Shown piece by piece: positions 36,242 through 45,800 of a stretch of DNA of 64,000 nucleotides (its first letter is position 1; every line of letters begins with the position of its first letter). The position numbers and the translations under genes were made by a program. Origin of the DNA: a virus. Its lineage: Duplodnaviria > Caudoviricetes. The stretch spans positions 7,009-71,008 of the IMG/VR virus record IMGVR_UViG_3300032283_000645. The stretch is one strand, 5' to 3'. Below the pieces are notes generated by a model. That model did no database searches. It was not told where the DNA came from and saw only the letters and a program-made list of their open reading frames with translations.

Positions 36242-37381
36242 ATGACTAGACAACGATTATTTTTAGATATGAGTTGTGTTGATGCCGCCCGTGCACGAAT
36301 AAGACATGTTTACGACACATTTGACACAGTGTGCGTTCAGTTTTCTGGAGGTAAGGATTCAACGGCAGTTCTTTATCTTGCGAAAGAGATTCACGAAGAA
36401 CGCGGTCTTGGTCCGGTGAAGGTTATCTTCCGTGACGAAGAAATGGTCAGTCCTCTTGTCGTTGACTATGTAATGAAAATTAAAGACTACGACTGGGTTG
36501 ACATGGAGTGGTATTGCCTTCCATATGGTGCTGAGGTATGGATTCTTGGCAGAAGAGAATCGGCAATCCTCTGGAGCCAGAGACGAAAAGATTTGGGTGA
36601 GTGGGTTAGACCAATGCCAGATTTCGCCATCAATGCAACTCATTTTGGGCTGACTCACGAAAAGCCACTCCCAGAGTCTGTTGACTATTACACAATGCAA
36701 GGGAAGCCAGGTCGTGTCGCATTCATAACTGGAGTTAGAGCAAACGAGTCAATGATTCGTTACCGCTCCTGTGTGCAGAAACTTCATGAGAACTACATTG
36801 TCTCTCCATACAAAATGAAGAAAGGTATTCCTCTTAAGTTTGCAAAGATTATCTACGACTGGCAGATGGACGATGTTCTTAAGTTCATAACAGAAGAGCA
36901 TGGTGCAGAGTATTGCCCATTCTACGACATTGCAGCAATGACTGGAAGCAATACGAGAGTAGGCATTCCGCTCCACTCTGTTGCCATCAGAAGAATTGGT
37001 GACGTGATTGCTACTGAGCCAGAATTCTATGACAGATTAGTTGAGGTATATCCCCGAATTGACTCTCAGCGGAGAATGTGGCCAGACTTTGACATTGAGG
37101 CACTCATCGAACTTTATGCACAAGATGGATTTGATGGCGCAGGCAAATTTATAGACGAATATATGCTCGGCCCATCGTTACAAAGAAGGGCGCGGGCATT
37201 TGTTGCACAGTTCAGAACAAAGCATTTACAAGACCCATTCTCATATCCGATTAATTGGCTAATTCGGAATCTCTTGCTTAATGAAATAAATATCACCTCG
37301 GCTTCACCAATTGGCCCAGGAACAAAAGCACATTCTGTACGAAGCACCGAAATAGTGGAGGTAGTTTTAGATGAACGTTGA
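36242..37381 (+). CDS. PAPS-reductase-like PP-loop protein (IbrA/YbdN type)
   Basis: QFSGGKDST, FRDEE, WYCLP, TGVRANES..R, IYDWQMDDV, RVGIPL. Confidence 0.85.
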   Translation: MTRQRLFLDMSCVDAARARIRHVYDTFDTVCVQFSGGKDSTAVLYLAKEIHEERGLGPVKVIFRDEEMVSPLVVDYVMKIKDYDWVDMEWYCLPYGAEVWILGRRESAILWSQRRKDLGEWVRPMPDFAINATHFGLTHEKPLPESVDYYTMQGKPGRVAFITGVRANESMIRYRSCVQKLHENYIVSPYKMKKGIPLKFAKIIYDWQMDDVLKFITEEHGAEYCPFYDIAAMTGSNTRVGIPLHSVAIRRIGDVIATEPEFYDRLVEVYPRIDSQRRMWPDFDIEALIELYAQDGFDGAGKFIDEYMLGPSLQRRARAFVAQFRTKHLQDPFSYPINWLIRNLLLNEINITSASPIGPGTKAHSVRSTEIVEVVLDER

Positions 37382-37916
37382 AATGATAAATATTGAGGAA
37401 TTGAAAATTTCTGAATGGGCAGCAACTTATATCCTAAGACCAGACCTATTGACTTTGTCTGTCTCCCTGACCGAGTATGGCTTTATACAGCCGATTATTG
37501 TACGGAAGTCAAATAATGAGATTATTGACGGTAATCAGCGTTTTCTTTTGGCAACCAGAAATCCTCACATAAAAGAAAAGATTGGTGGCTTGATTCCAGT
37601 TCACTACATTGATTGCAATTCATCAGAAGCAATGATGATGCATCTGCAGTTGAATCGAGGAAGAGGAACTTCGCAGGTTCGCAGGGTATCAAACATTATT
37701 AGGAAACTCTCTATATCAAAGGCTTACGGAACAAGCGACTTCTCCCGTCTGCTCTCGATGAGGATTGATGAATTAGAACTTCTCTTAGATGGAACGCTCA
37801 TAAAAATGCGGAAAATACCGCAACATACCTACTCTCGGGCATGGGTTCCGATTGAGGTTCCTGCTGGAGAAGAAAAACCCGTAGTCATTGAAAGACCACC
37901 AAATCCAGATAGATAG
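37371..37916 (+). CDS. ParB-like protein (IbrB/YbdM type)
   Basis: SLTEYGFIQPIIV, EIIDGNQR, HLQLNRGRG; overlaps the IbrA-like gene. Confidence 0.82.
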   Translation: MNVEMINIEELKISEWAATYILRPDLLTLSVSLTEYGFIQPIIVRKSNNEIIDGNQRFLLATRNPHIKEKIGGLIPVHYIDCNSSEAMMMHLQLNRGRGTSQVRRVSNIIRKLSISKAYGTSDFSRLLSMRIDELELLLDGTLIKMRKIPQHTYSRAWVPIEVPAGEEKPVVIERPPNPDR

Positions 37917-37973
37917 TTCTGAGACTATTTAATAGTGGTAAAATCTGAACTGTAAATATTCACAGTTTGGAGA

Positions 37974-38192
37974 ATGTTCATGCCTACACCTTTAATTGGC
38001 GGAGAGGAAGGAATTTCCCCTGCCCGTCGCAGAGAAGGATTCAGCCTTAGACGCCGTATCGGTCGTGCATTGGGGCTTGTAAGGCGGGGAAGACTCCGTG
38101 ATGCTGTTCGTGACTTCAGAACTCCGCGCGCCAAGGCACGTGGTCGCCGTGGGGACATTCGTCGTGGAGTCACCGAAACTCTAGGCAGATAA
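37974..38192 (+). CDS. small Arg-rich protein (20 Arg in 72 aa)
   Basis: GGAG RBS; upstream extended -10 TGGTAAAAT at 37936-37944; stop immediately before the RBS of the next gene. Confidence 0.6.
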   Translation: MFMPTPLIGGEEGISPARRREGFSLRRRIGRALGLVRRGRLRDAVRDFRTPRAKARGRRGDIRRGVTETLGR

Positions 38193-38205
38193 ACAGGGGG
38201 GCTCT

Positions 38206-38850
38206 ATGGCTTTGGTTACCGTAGCAAACCTGAGGTCCTACATGGATATCAGTTTTACAAACCGTCAACAAGATGCAGCGCAATTAGTACTTGATGGACT
38301 TCAGAGCGAACTTGAGGCATACCTCAGACGACCCGTTGAAGTTGCAACATTTACTGAAAAATATACTTATGCAAGTATTGACACTGGAATTCCAATGGAT
38401 TCGTTCTTCAATAATGCAAACCCATTCAGTTCGTCTTTCTATGGTTCGCCAGTTGATAGAACAACCTATCTTGAACCACCACAGACTATTTATTTTAGGA
38501 ATTCCCCAGTGGTGACGGTGACTTCGGTTATTTACAGACCATTGAATGGGGTTGCTAGAAACCTAGTAGTGGATAATGACTATGTGATACGCCGTTTTGG
38601 AATTGATGTTTTTAGCGGATTCGCAAACGACACCGTAGAAGTGACATACACCGCTGGCCTCGTAGGAGCAAGTACCCCCATCTTCAAGTTGATGATTCTT
38701 CGCGCTGCAACACGAGAAATGCAAAACATGCACGACGATGTTGTCGGTATTAAAGACTTAGAATCAAGAAACGTTGCCCCAATGCAGACTGGATTTTTGG
38801 AGACAGAACTCATGGCTCTTAAGAAATTTAGGCGAAACCGGATTGCATAA
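38206..38850 (+). CDS. head-tail adaptor/connector protein
   Basis: LVTVANLRSYM, ELEAYLRRP, VEVTYTAG; position before the neck genes. Confidence 0.8.
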   Translation: MALVTVANLRSYMDISFTNRQQDAAQLVLDGLQSELEAYLRRPVEVATFTEKYTYASIDTGIPMDSFFNNANPFSSSFYGSPVDRTTYLEPPQTIYFRNSPVVTVTSVIYRPLNGVARNLVVDNDYVIRRFGIDVFSGFANDTVEVTYTAGLVGASTPIFKLMILRAATREMQNMHDDVVGIKDLESRNVAPMQTGFLETELMALKKFRRNRIA

Positions 38851-39332
38851 TGGCTAGGTCTACATACATCCACATTACGGTGGATGCCAAAAAAGCCATC
38901 AAACGAATGGTTGATATGAAAAGGCGAGGGAAAGACTTCGCCCCAGTCTTCAAGGAAGCTCGTTCTGGTCTTGAGGCATGGAATGCAGCTAACTTCACTC
39001 AGAATGGGGTGCCATCCGGAAGTCCTTGGAATGCTCTTCATGCATCAACCCTTCAATGGAAAGCTATGCATTATCCAGGAACGACACCAATGGTGAGAAC
39101 TGGGAAATTGTTTAGGAGTTTAACCAGCCTTAAGGGTCCTGCAAATAAAATCGGTACAAATGAAGCAGAATTTGGCACAAATATTGAATATGCAAAGTTT
39201 CATCAATACGGAACGACTAATATGGCTGCCAGAAAGCTCGTATTTGAACCACCAATGTTTGCCAAAAGACTCGCACAGATTGCCGCCAATTATCAGGCTC
39301 ATGGCAAGGTCGGGAAAGTGACTAATTCATGA
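38850..39332 (+). CDS. virion morphogenesis/neck protein (Mu gpG/P2 gpS-like)
   Basis: WNAL, MVRTGKLFRSL, FGTNIEYAKFHQYGT, ARK. Confidence 0.82.
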   Translation: MARSTYIHITVDAKKAIKRMVDMKRRGKDFAPVFKEARSGLEAWNAANFTQNGVPSGSPWNALHASTLQWKAMHYPGTTPMVRTGKLFRSLTSLKGPANKIGTNEAEFGTNIEYAKFHQYGTTNMAARKLVFEPPMFAKRLAQIAANYQAHGKVGKVTNS

Positions 39333-39940
39333 TTGACCTAATGCACGGGCCGCAGTATGCAAAGCAGTATGTTTCCGACTATCTTGAAAGTGATTTGCCG
39401 ATTCGCCTTGTTTCGTACAGAAACGGCTGGAATGTTGACGACATCAGACTTCCGACACCAGTCAAATACCTTTCTTATGAACCGATAGCCCTTGATGACT
39501 GGCCAACGATTATAACCGTGGTTATGTCTACGAATAGATTTGAGCGAATTGATTTTGACCATCACGACCCTGTTTACCGAGTCACCTACTCAATGCGCAC
39601 CTATGTATGGGTAAGGACTGAGTATTCCGATGAATGCACAACAATGAGGGACAGACTGACCGTAGTTGTTCGCTCTGCACTTCTTGACTATCCATGCATG
39701 CAAGCGACCGACCCCCGTGAATCATGGATGGCTCGAATTGACGAAACAACACTACGTGAGGAATTCTCAGACCTCACTCTCTTAAAGGGGGACAGGGTGC
39801 TCGCTGGTGCATTTATTGGGTATGACCTGACCATTGATGAAGTCGTTGCTCGTGAGACACTTGGGACTGTAAATACGATTGACCTAGACATTAAGCACCA
39901 CCCGATTTCCCCATCTGCATCTCTTACTTTTAATCCATAA
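39329..39940 (+). CDS. tail terminator/completion protein
   Basis: Position between neck and sheath genes; size and WPTII motif are consistent. Confidence 0.6.
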   Translation: MIDLMHGPQYAKQYVSDYLESDLPIRLVSYRNGWNVDDIRLPTPVKYLSYEPIALDDWPTIITVVMSTNRFERIDFDHHDPVYRVTYSMRTYVWVRTEYSDECTTMRDRLTVVVRSALLDYPCMQATDPRESWMARIDETTLREEFSDLTLLKGDRVLAGAFIGYDLTIDEVVARETLGTVNTIDLDIKHHPISPSASLTFNP

Positions 39941-39963
39941 TCATTAATAAGATGATTTTTAGA

Positions 39964-39998
39964 AGTTGCATTAATAAACGCTCAATATTGGGTACAAT
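39964..39998 (+). promoter_or_regulatory. 21-bp-spacer promoter motif upstream of sheath (AG-TTGCAT-N21-TACAAT)
   Basis: Counted directly. Confidence 0.65.
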
Positions 39999-40050
39999 CG
40001 TATGAACAAGAGGCAGAGTTTTGCCTGTAACAAACAATTAGTGAGGTCTC

Positions 40051-41517
40051 ATGCCCGGTGTAGTGATTTCAACAGCAGTACGAACTGGTCCTTCAAGCCC
40101 AACAGTCCGTGAATCGTCGCAGGCTTTTTTCGTTGGTCTCTCCGACCGCGGCCCAACCGACACTGCCCTCAAGGTTTCAAGCATTGAGGAATTTGAAGAC
40201 ATTTATGGTGAATATGTTTCTTATGCATATCTTCACCCAACAGTTGAAACCTTCTTTGAAGAAGGCGGCACACAGTGCTATATCGCACGTGTTGCTGGTT
40301 CTGCCGCTACAACTGGCGTAAAGAACATTGCGAGCACCAGCGGTAGCGTTGCAATCGCTCTTGAGGCAAATGGTCCAGGAGCATGGAGTGACGACCTGAG
40401 TGTAACGACAGCAGTTGGAACAGCAGCTGGAACATTCATTGTCAAGTTGTATCTCGGCACAGATTTGCTTATGAGTACATTCAACTGCACATCAAACGAA
40501 ATCGCAATTGGAAAAATCAACTCACACCCAGTAGCGAGCAAGTATGTGGTTGCTTCTGTTGGTACAACTACCGTTACACCTGTAACAAACTTGACGCTTT
40601 CTGCCTTTTCGGCTGGAGCAGACGATAGGGCATCTGTTGTGGCTGCCAACTATGTAACTGGTCTTGAATTGTTCAACGATGCACTTGGCACTGGCGCAGT
40701 ATCTTGTCCAGAAAATTCATCTGCAACGGTTTATCAAGGACTTGTTGCTCATGCAAATACCTATAGCAGAATTGCAATCTTGCATGGTTTGTCAGACGAC
40801 ACACAGTCTGAAATTATCACAATGGCTCAGACCATTTCTGGCGGCCTAGATAACACCGAGCATGCAGCCCTTTACTACCCATGGGTTTATGTGCCAACAC
40901 AGGTTGCTGGAATCAATCGCTTGATTCCACCAGATGGATACGTTGCTGGAAAGCGTTCAGCGGCACATAACACTGCTGGCGCACATGTTCCTTATGCTGG
41001 TTTGCTCTCGCAAGCAGTATTCGTAAATGGTGTTGTTGCAGACATCAACAAAGCAAATGGAGACCTGCTTGATGATGAGGGCGTAAATGCAATTCGTGTT
41101 ATTCAAAATACGGTTCGCGTTTATGGCGCACGTTCGCTCTCGGCAGACACCACGAACTTCCGTTACATCACCGCACAGGACATTGTGAACGGAATCGTAA
41201 CTGATAGCAATCGCACTCTTGAGTCTGTGGTATTCTCGACTATTGACGGACGTAACAACTCGTTCGCTTCTGTTGAGGCAAAACTGATTGCTGTTCTAGA
41301 GGCCGCAAGAATTTCTGGCGCTCTCTACGAAGCATTTGATGCAAACGGAAGAAGAATTGACTTCGGTTACACGGTCAAATGTGATTCATCGCTCAATCCA
41401 GTAAGCCAGCTTGCAACTGGTCTTATCAAAGCCCGCGTTGGAGTAAGAGTATCCAGCGTTGGTGACAAGATTGAAGTGAACATCATCAAATCAAATCTCA
41501 CCACATCAGTTGTCTGA
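40051..41517 (+). CDS. contractile tail sheath protein
   Basis: MPGVVI, FFEEGGTQCYIARV, LYYPWV, IPPDGYVAG, GVNAIR, YGARSL, LYEAF. Confidence 0.92.
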   Translation: MPGVVISTAVRTGPSSPTVRESSQAFFVGLSDRGPTDTALKVSSIEEFEDIYGEYVSYAYLHPTVETFFEEGGTQCYIARVAGSAATTGVKNIASTSGSVAIALEANGPGAWSDDLSVTTAVGTAAGTFIVKLYLGTDLLMSTFNCTSNEIAIGKINSHPVASKYVVASVGTTTVTPVTNLTLSAFSAGADDRASVVAANYVTGLELFNDALGTGAVSCPENSSATVYQGLVAHANTYSRIAILHGLSDDTQSEIITMAQTISGGLDNTEHAALYYPWVYVPTQVAGINRLIPPDGYVAGKRSAAHNTAGAHVPYAGLLSQAVFVNGVVADINKANGDLLDDEGVNAIRVIQNTVRVYGARSLSADTTNFRYITAQDIVNGIVTDSNRTLESVVFSTIDGRNNSFASVEAKLIAVLEAARISGALYEAFDANGRRIDFGYTVKCDSSLNPVSQLATGLIKARVGVRVSSVGDKIEVNIIKSNLTTSVV

Positions 41518-41535
41518 TAAACAGAGGAGTAAGTA

Positions 41536-42003
41536 ATGGCAAAAGTAGCTCAAAGGCAAGTTCTCGCCGACATCGCACCGGTGGACACGAACAATCCCCA
41601 GTTTGAGGGATTCAAGTTCGCCCAAGTATCGGGTGGAGAAATCACAGCCTCTGTGGAAAAGATTTACGAAGGTGGAGCAAAGCGCCCAACAGTTCTTTGC
41701 GCACCTGCAGAAATTGGTGACATCACATTGACTGCACACTACGACGATGCAATGGTTACATCGACTGGTTCTGATGGTCTTGCAAAGAAGATTTCACAAC
41801 TTCGCGCCCTTGTTGGTCAGGCGTTCTACGATATCAACATCAAGCGTTACGACTGTGACCTTGAAGTTCGTGGAACCGACCGAGTTTACAAGAGCTCGCT
41901 CCTCGTTGGTTTGACTGAGCCAGACGGTGACTCGTCATCTGGTGCTCCTGCAACCTTCGCCCTAACCTTCTCGGTTAGCGACGTAAACGTAGCAACAAAC
42001 TAA
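41536..42003 (+). CDS. tail tube protein
   Basis: FAQVSGGE, DITLT, ATFALTF; directly after the sheath gene. Confidence 0.8.
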   Translation: MAKVAQRQVLADIAPVDTNNPQFEGFKFAQVSGGEITASVEKIYEGGAKRPTVLCAPAEIGDITLTAHYDDAMVTSTGSDGLAKKISQLRALVGQAFYDINIKRYDCDLEVRGTDRVYKSSLLVGLTEPDGDSSSGAPATFALTFSVSDVNVATN

Positions 42004-42008
42004 TCACC

Positions 42009-42030
42009 ACCCCGTATTGACGGGGTTTCA
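42009..42030 (+). terminator. putative terminator after tube gene
   Basis: ACCCCGT-ATTG-ACGGGGT-TTCA; short U-tract. Confidence 0.5.
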
Positions 42031-42045
42031 TAGAGCAGTAGGAAT

Positions 42046-42080
42046 AGTTCCACTGGCATTGGGTTTAATGGTGATAGTTT
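42046..42080 (+). promoter_or_regulatory. 21-bp-spacer promoter motif upstream of tail chaperone (AG-TTCCAC-N21-TAGTTT)
   Basis: Counted directly. Confidence 0.5.
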
Positions 42081-42119
42081 GCCTATTAATCCACCCATAT
42101 ACCAAAAGGAACATTACAC

Positions 42120-42656
42120 ATGTCCAATAACGACCTGTACTCAGAAGTATCTCCTGAAACCAAGGAAGTCAAGCAACAAGCACGAGCAAAAGCAAATGGT
42201 GAGCCAACCATTCTTGAAAAACTTAGTGCAACGATTGCCGCAAAAGTTAAGCGTGAAGATGTTTACATCGAAGTCCCAGAGCGCAAAGGCGTAAAACTTC
42301 GCATTAGTCCAAACATCACACAGTCACAGGTTAAAGGCTGGAGAAAGCAAGCTGGCGAAGATAGCCGTCAAGGAATGGATGGAACAAAGTTCGCTTGCTA
42401 TGTGATTGGTCATACAACCGATGGAATCTTGTTCAATGATGAAGAAGTGAACGACGAGGATGGCTACGGATTAAACTTTGCATCACCAGTAGTATTGAAA
42501 ATGACAGACACAACCCGTCCAATTCCAGAAGCAGTTCGTGCATTCTTTGGTCTGGACCCACACGTAGAAGCGGCCGCAGTTGCAATTCTTGATGCATCTG
42601 GATTCGGTGACACGATTGAGGCATTGGACCCTACGAAGGAATCTTCGACGAACTAG
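42120..42656 (+). CDS. tail assembly chaperone (G-like)
   Basis: Between tube and tape measure genes; ends ALDPTKESSTN. Confidence 0.7.
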   Translation: MSNNDLYSEVSPETKEVKQQARAKANGEPTILEKLSATIAAKVKREDVYIEVPERKGVKLRISPNITQSQVKGWRKQAGEDSRQGMDGTKFACYVIGHTTDGILFNDEEVNDEDGYGLNFASPVVLKMTDTTRPIPEAVRAFFGLDPHVEAAAVAILDASGFGDTIEALDPTKESSTN

Positions 42657-42817
42657 TTGAAGATTCCAGAGTAATCACAGCTGCCCGGTTGGGTGAGTTA
42701 TTTGGTACTGACCCAATTGAGTTGCTGAAATGCACTGAAGAGGAATGGCTCATTCGTCTCGCTTGTGGTAAAGTTATATCAGACGACCGTGAGGCCGAGG
42801 CAAACCGGGCTAAATAG
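42620..42817 (+). CDS. probable frameshift extension (GT-like) of tail chaperone; not in ORF track
   Basis: The -1 frame is open 42620-42817 (GIGPYEGIFDELVEDSRVITAARLGELFGTDPIELLKCTEEEWLIRLACGKVISDDREAEANRAK) with no canonical start near its 5' end. Confidence 0.6.
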   Translation, partial: GIGPYEGIFDELVEDSRVITAARLGELFGTDPIELLKCTEEEWLIRLACGKVISDDREAEANRAK

Positions 42818-42855
42818 CAACTCCTGTGGCCATTCACCTTTTCTTGGGGCAGTAA

Positions 42856-45800
42856 ATGGCTGACGAAAAAGTTACAATCAAAATTGAAGTCCGTTCGGAC
42901 GATGGTGCGATTGATAAAACTCGTCGTAAGTTAGAACGCCTCTCTGGCGCTGAAGGTCGTCACTACAAGAAAAACTCTGCACTTGCATCTAAGGGCTCTT
43001 CTGATATCAAGAACTACGGTAAAAATACCGACAATGTTCTCAACAATGGTTCACGCAAGTGGAAAAAACACTTTGACCAATTAGACAAGAGCATGAAAGC
43101 ATTTGGTGGCGGACTGCTCAAATTGGTTGCGATGTCAGCAAAAATGGCTGCTGTTGAAATCGCTGGAATGGGTTTAGCAATGGTTGCAGTACACGGTGCC
43201 TTCCTGATTGGTAAGGGTCTTTCAAAGGCATATCAAGTCGCAATGCAGGGAGCAGCCGCGGGTGTTGCGGCATTGGCGATTGCCGCAGGAACGGCCGCAG
43301 CAGCAGTCCGTGAACAGCAAGCAGCAATGTTTGCATTTTCACAAAAGGGTCATAAAGAATTTGGCAATGGACTAAATCAGACACGTGTTGCAATGAGAAT
43401 GATGACTCACGATGCGGATATGGCTGCCGTTGGTGTTGACAACTTAACAAGTGCATATGGCGAGATTGTAAATAAATCTGGAAAATTTAATGCATCAAGT
43501 GCAAAGATGTTCAAGGGTTTAATGGACTTTGCCTCTGCCGGACAAGACATGAAAACTGGGACCAAAGCAGCAGCTGGTCTGGTTGCAGAGTTGCAAAATG
43601 TTAAAGGGACTTATGCAAGTATAAAAACCGCAGCCCAGGGACTCGGTCCGCAGATGAAAAAAGCTCTTGAGGAGTATGAGAAGGCTGGTGGAGCAAAGAA
43701 GGGTAAGGCTGGTCTTGTTGAAGCAATCACTAGCGGTGAACTTGCAAGACTTGGTGGAGTTACTGGTCAGTTTGAAGCAGTTAATAGCACCCTCATCAAT
43801 CAAGCAAAAGGTTTTTTTACACAACTTAAAAATGAGTTTGGAGATTTTGGACAACAATTTCTTGAGCCTGTAAAAACCGAGTTTAGACAAGTTTTTGAAA
43901 TCATCAAACGTACACTTCAGCGGTTAACTGGAGAATTTGGAACTTTTGCCAATAACGGATTTATTGACAAAATATCTGTTGTTGTTGAAAAACTTGCTAA
44001 CGGAACAGTAAATCTAATTAGAAAATACCTTCCAGCGGCACAAGGCATGTTTGAACGCTTTGGAAGTTGGTGGGATAAATTCACCAGTGGTTGGAAGCGC
44101 ATGGTTGAGTATCTCCGCCCGTTGCAAGAAGGCGCACGAGTAATTGAGCAAATGCTCAAAAATGTAATGATGCCGATTTGGGATGAACTAAAAGGGAAGT
44201 TTGGAACTTTCAACAGGGAGCTTGAAAAATATAAAGAAGACTTTGCACAATTTGGAACAAATGTTGGAAATCTGATTGTAAAAATCATGGAGTACGGCAA
44301 TGAGGTTCGTACAATTTTCATGGAATCACTCCCTTTTATAAACAGGGTTATTGAGGGTGTAACGAGTCTTATCGAACACTTCACTAGTTTTTTGGGTGGA
44401 TTTAAAAAAGTTACTGGAGTAGTTGAGAAATTCCTTGGTTCAAAAGGATTTGGAAACTTCATGCTTCTTGCGGGTTTGATTACTTATGGCAAAAAAATGA
44501 AGGGTGCCGCTGGAGGTTTTATTTCTGGAACCAGCCAGAGCGGAATTCGTGAAGCGGCCAACATGAAAATCACTGCTGGTGTTGTAAACATCAATGGAAA
44601 AGATGTTGCAAGATACGGTCCTGGGTACAGAGATGTTCCTGGTCATACAACAAGAACAACTCCTGTTGGCGGAACGGTTACAAGAGGTATGTCTCCAACA
44701 AGTGGTCCATATCCTGGTGTGACACCCGGAAGACCCGGCGCACCTGGTTTTGCATCTGGGGGTGTTCCTGCTGCAATGACATCAGTTGCTGGTGCAGCGA
44801 ATATGGCAGCAAATGCTCTCTCAACGCTTGCTGGAGTCGCTAGTGGCGGTTCACGAGCAGCAACAGGAGCAGCGGCACGTGGTCCAAATGGTGGATATCT
44901 TATTCGTAGTGGCAAACACAAAGGTAAAGAGCTTCTTCAGCAAAGTGTCGGCGGGCAGAATCCTCGCTATGTCTTTGGTGGTCGTGGAACTGGTCCAGTT
45001 GACCAAGCACAACTAAGGGCATCTGGTCAAGAATTTAGAAGTGGTGTATTTGTTCCAAAAGAATATCGAGTTGACGAAAAAGGTCGTAAGCGTTTCACTG
45101 CTCATGGAAGAATTATTAATCGTCGTGAAAGATTTTTCCGTGGAATAGGTGAAGGTCAGAAACTTGGTGCAACTGGGTATGTTGGGGACGGAAAAATTAA
45201 AACCCGTTTTGACAGAATGTTTGCTCAAGCAAATAATGGTTTGGGTGGACGGCTTGGAAGAGGTGCTGACTGGATGCGCGATAGGCAAATCGCTCGTTCA
45301 CAATACCTTGGACCAGATGGAACACCCATAGACGGGCCAAAACAGAAAAAACTTTGGAGACTCTCATCAACTGCATTAAGTGGTCCAGGAACAAGCGTTC
45401 TAGGAAAGCGAGCAGAAAAATTCTATAACGGAAGTTTGTATAACAACTGGCTGTCACCACAGTCAAACATTCGTGGAGATGGACCAATTGAGCCACGCAC
45501 AAAAATGGGTCGTCGAATTTTAAATGCCAAAACCGGAATCAGAGGAATACGCGCAAGTCGCTTTGGCAGCAATGTTCTTGGCAATAGCCAGACTGGTCAA
45601 AAAGGTTTTGCTGGCTCAATGGGTGGAACAATGGGAACGGCGCTTGGCATGCAATTCCTGTCTTCAAAGATGGATGAAAGCGCACAAGGCTCAATGGCGC
45701 TTGGCTCATCGCTTGCAATGATTAACCCATTCGTTGGTGCGGCGGTTGGATTTGGTGGCGCTGCAATGAATGCACGAACTGGTGGTGGCGGAGCGGTCAT

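Noticed and set aside
37925-38173. Minus-strand Arg-rich ORF
   Set aside because: Antisense shadow of the + strand ORF, which has an RBS, a promoter and operon context.
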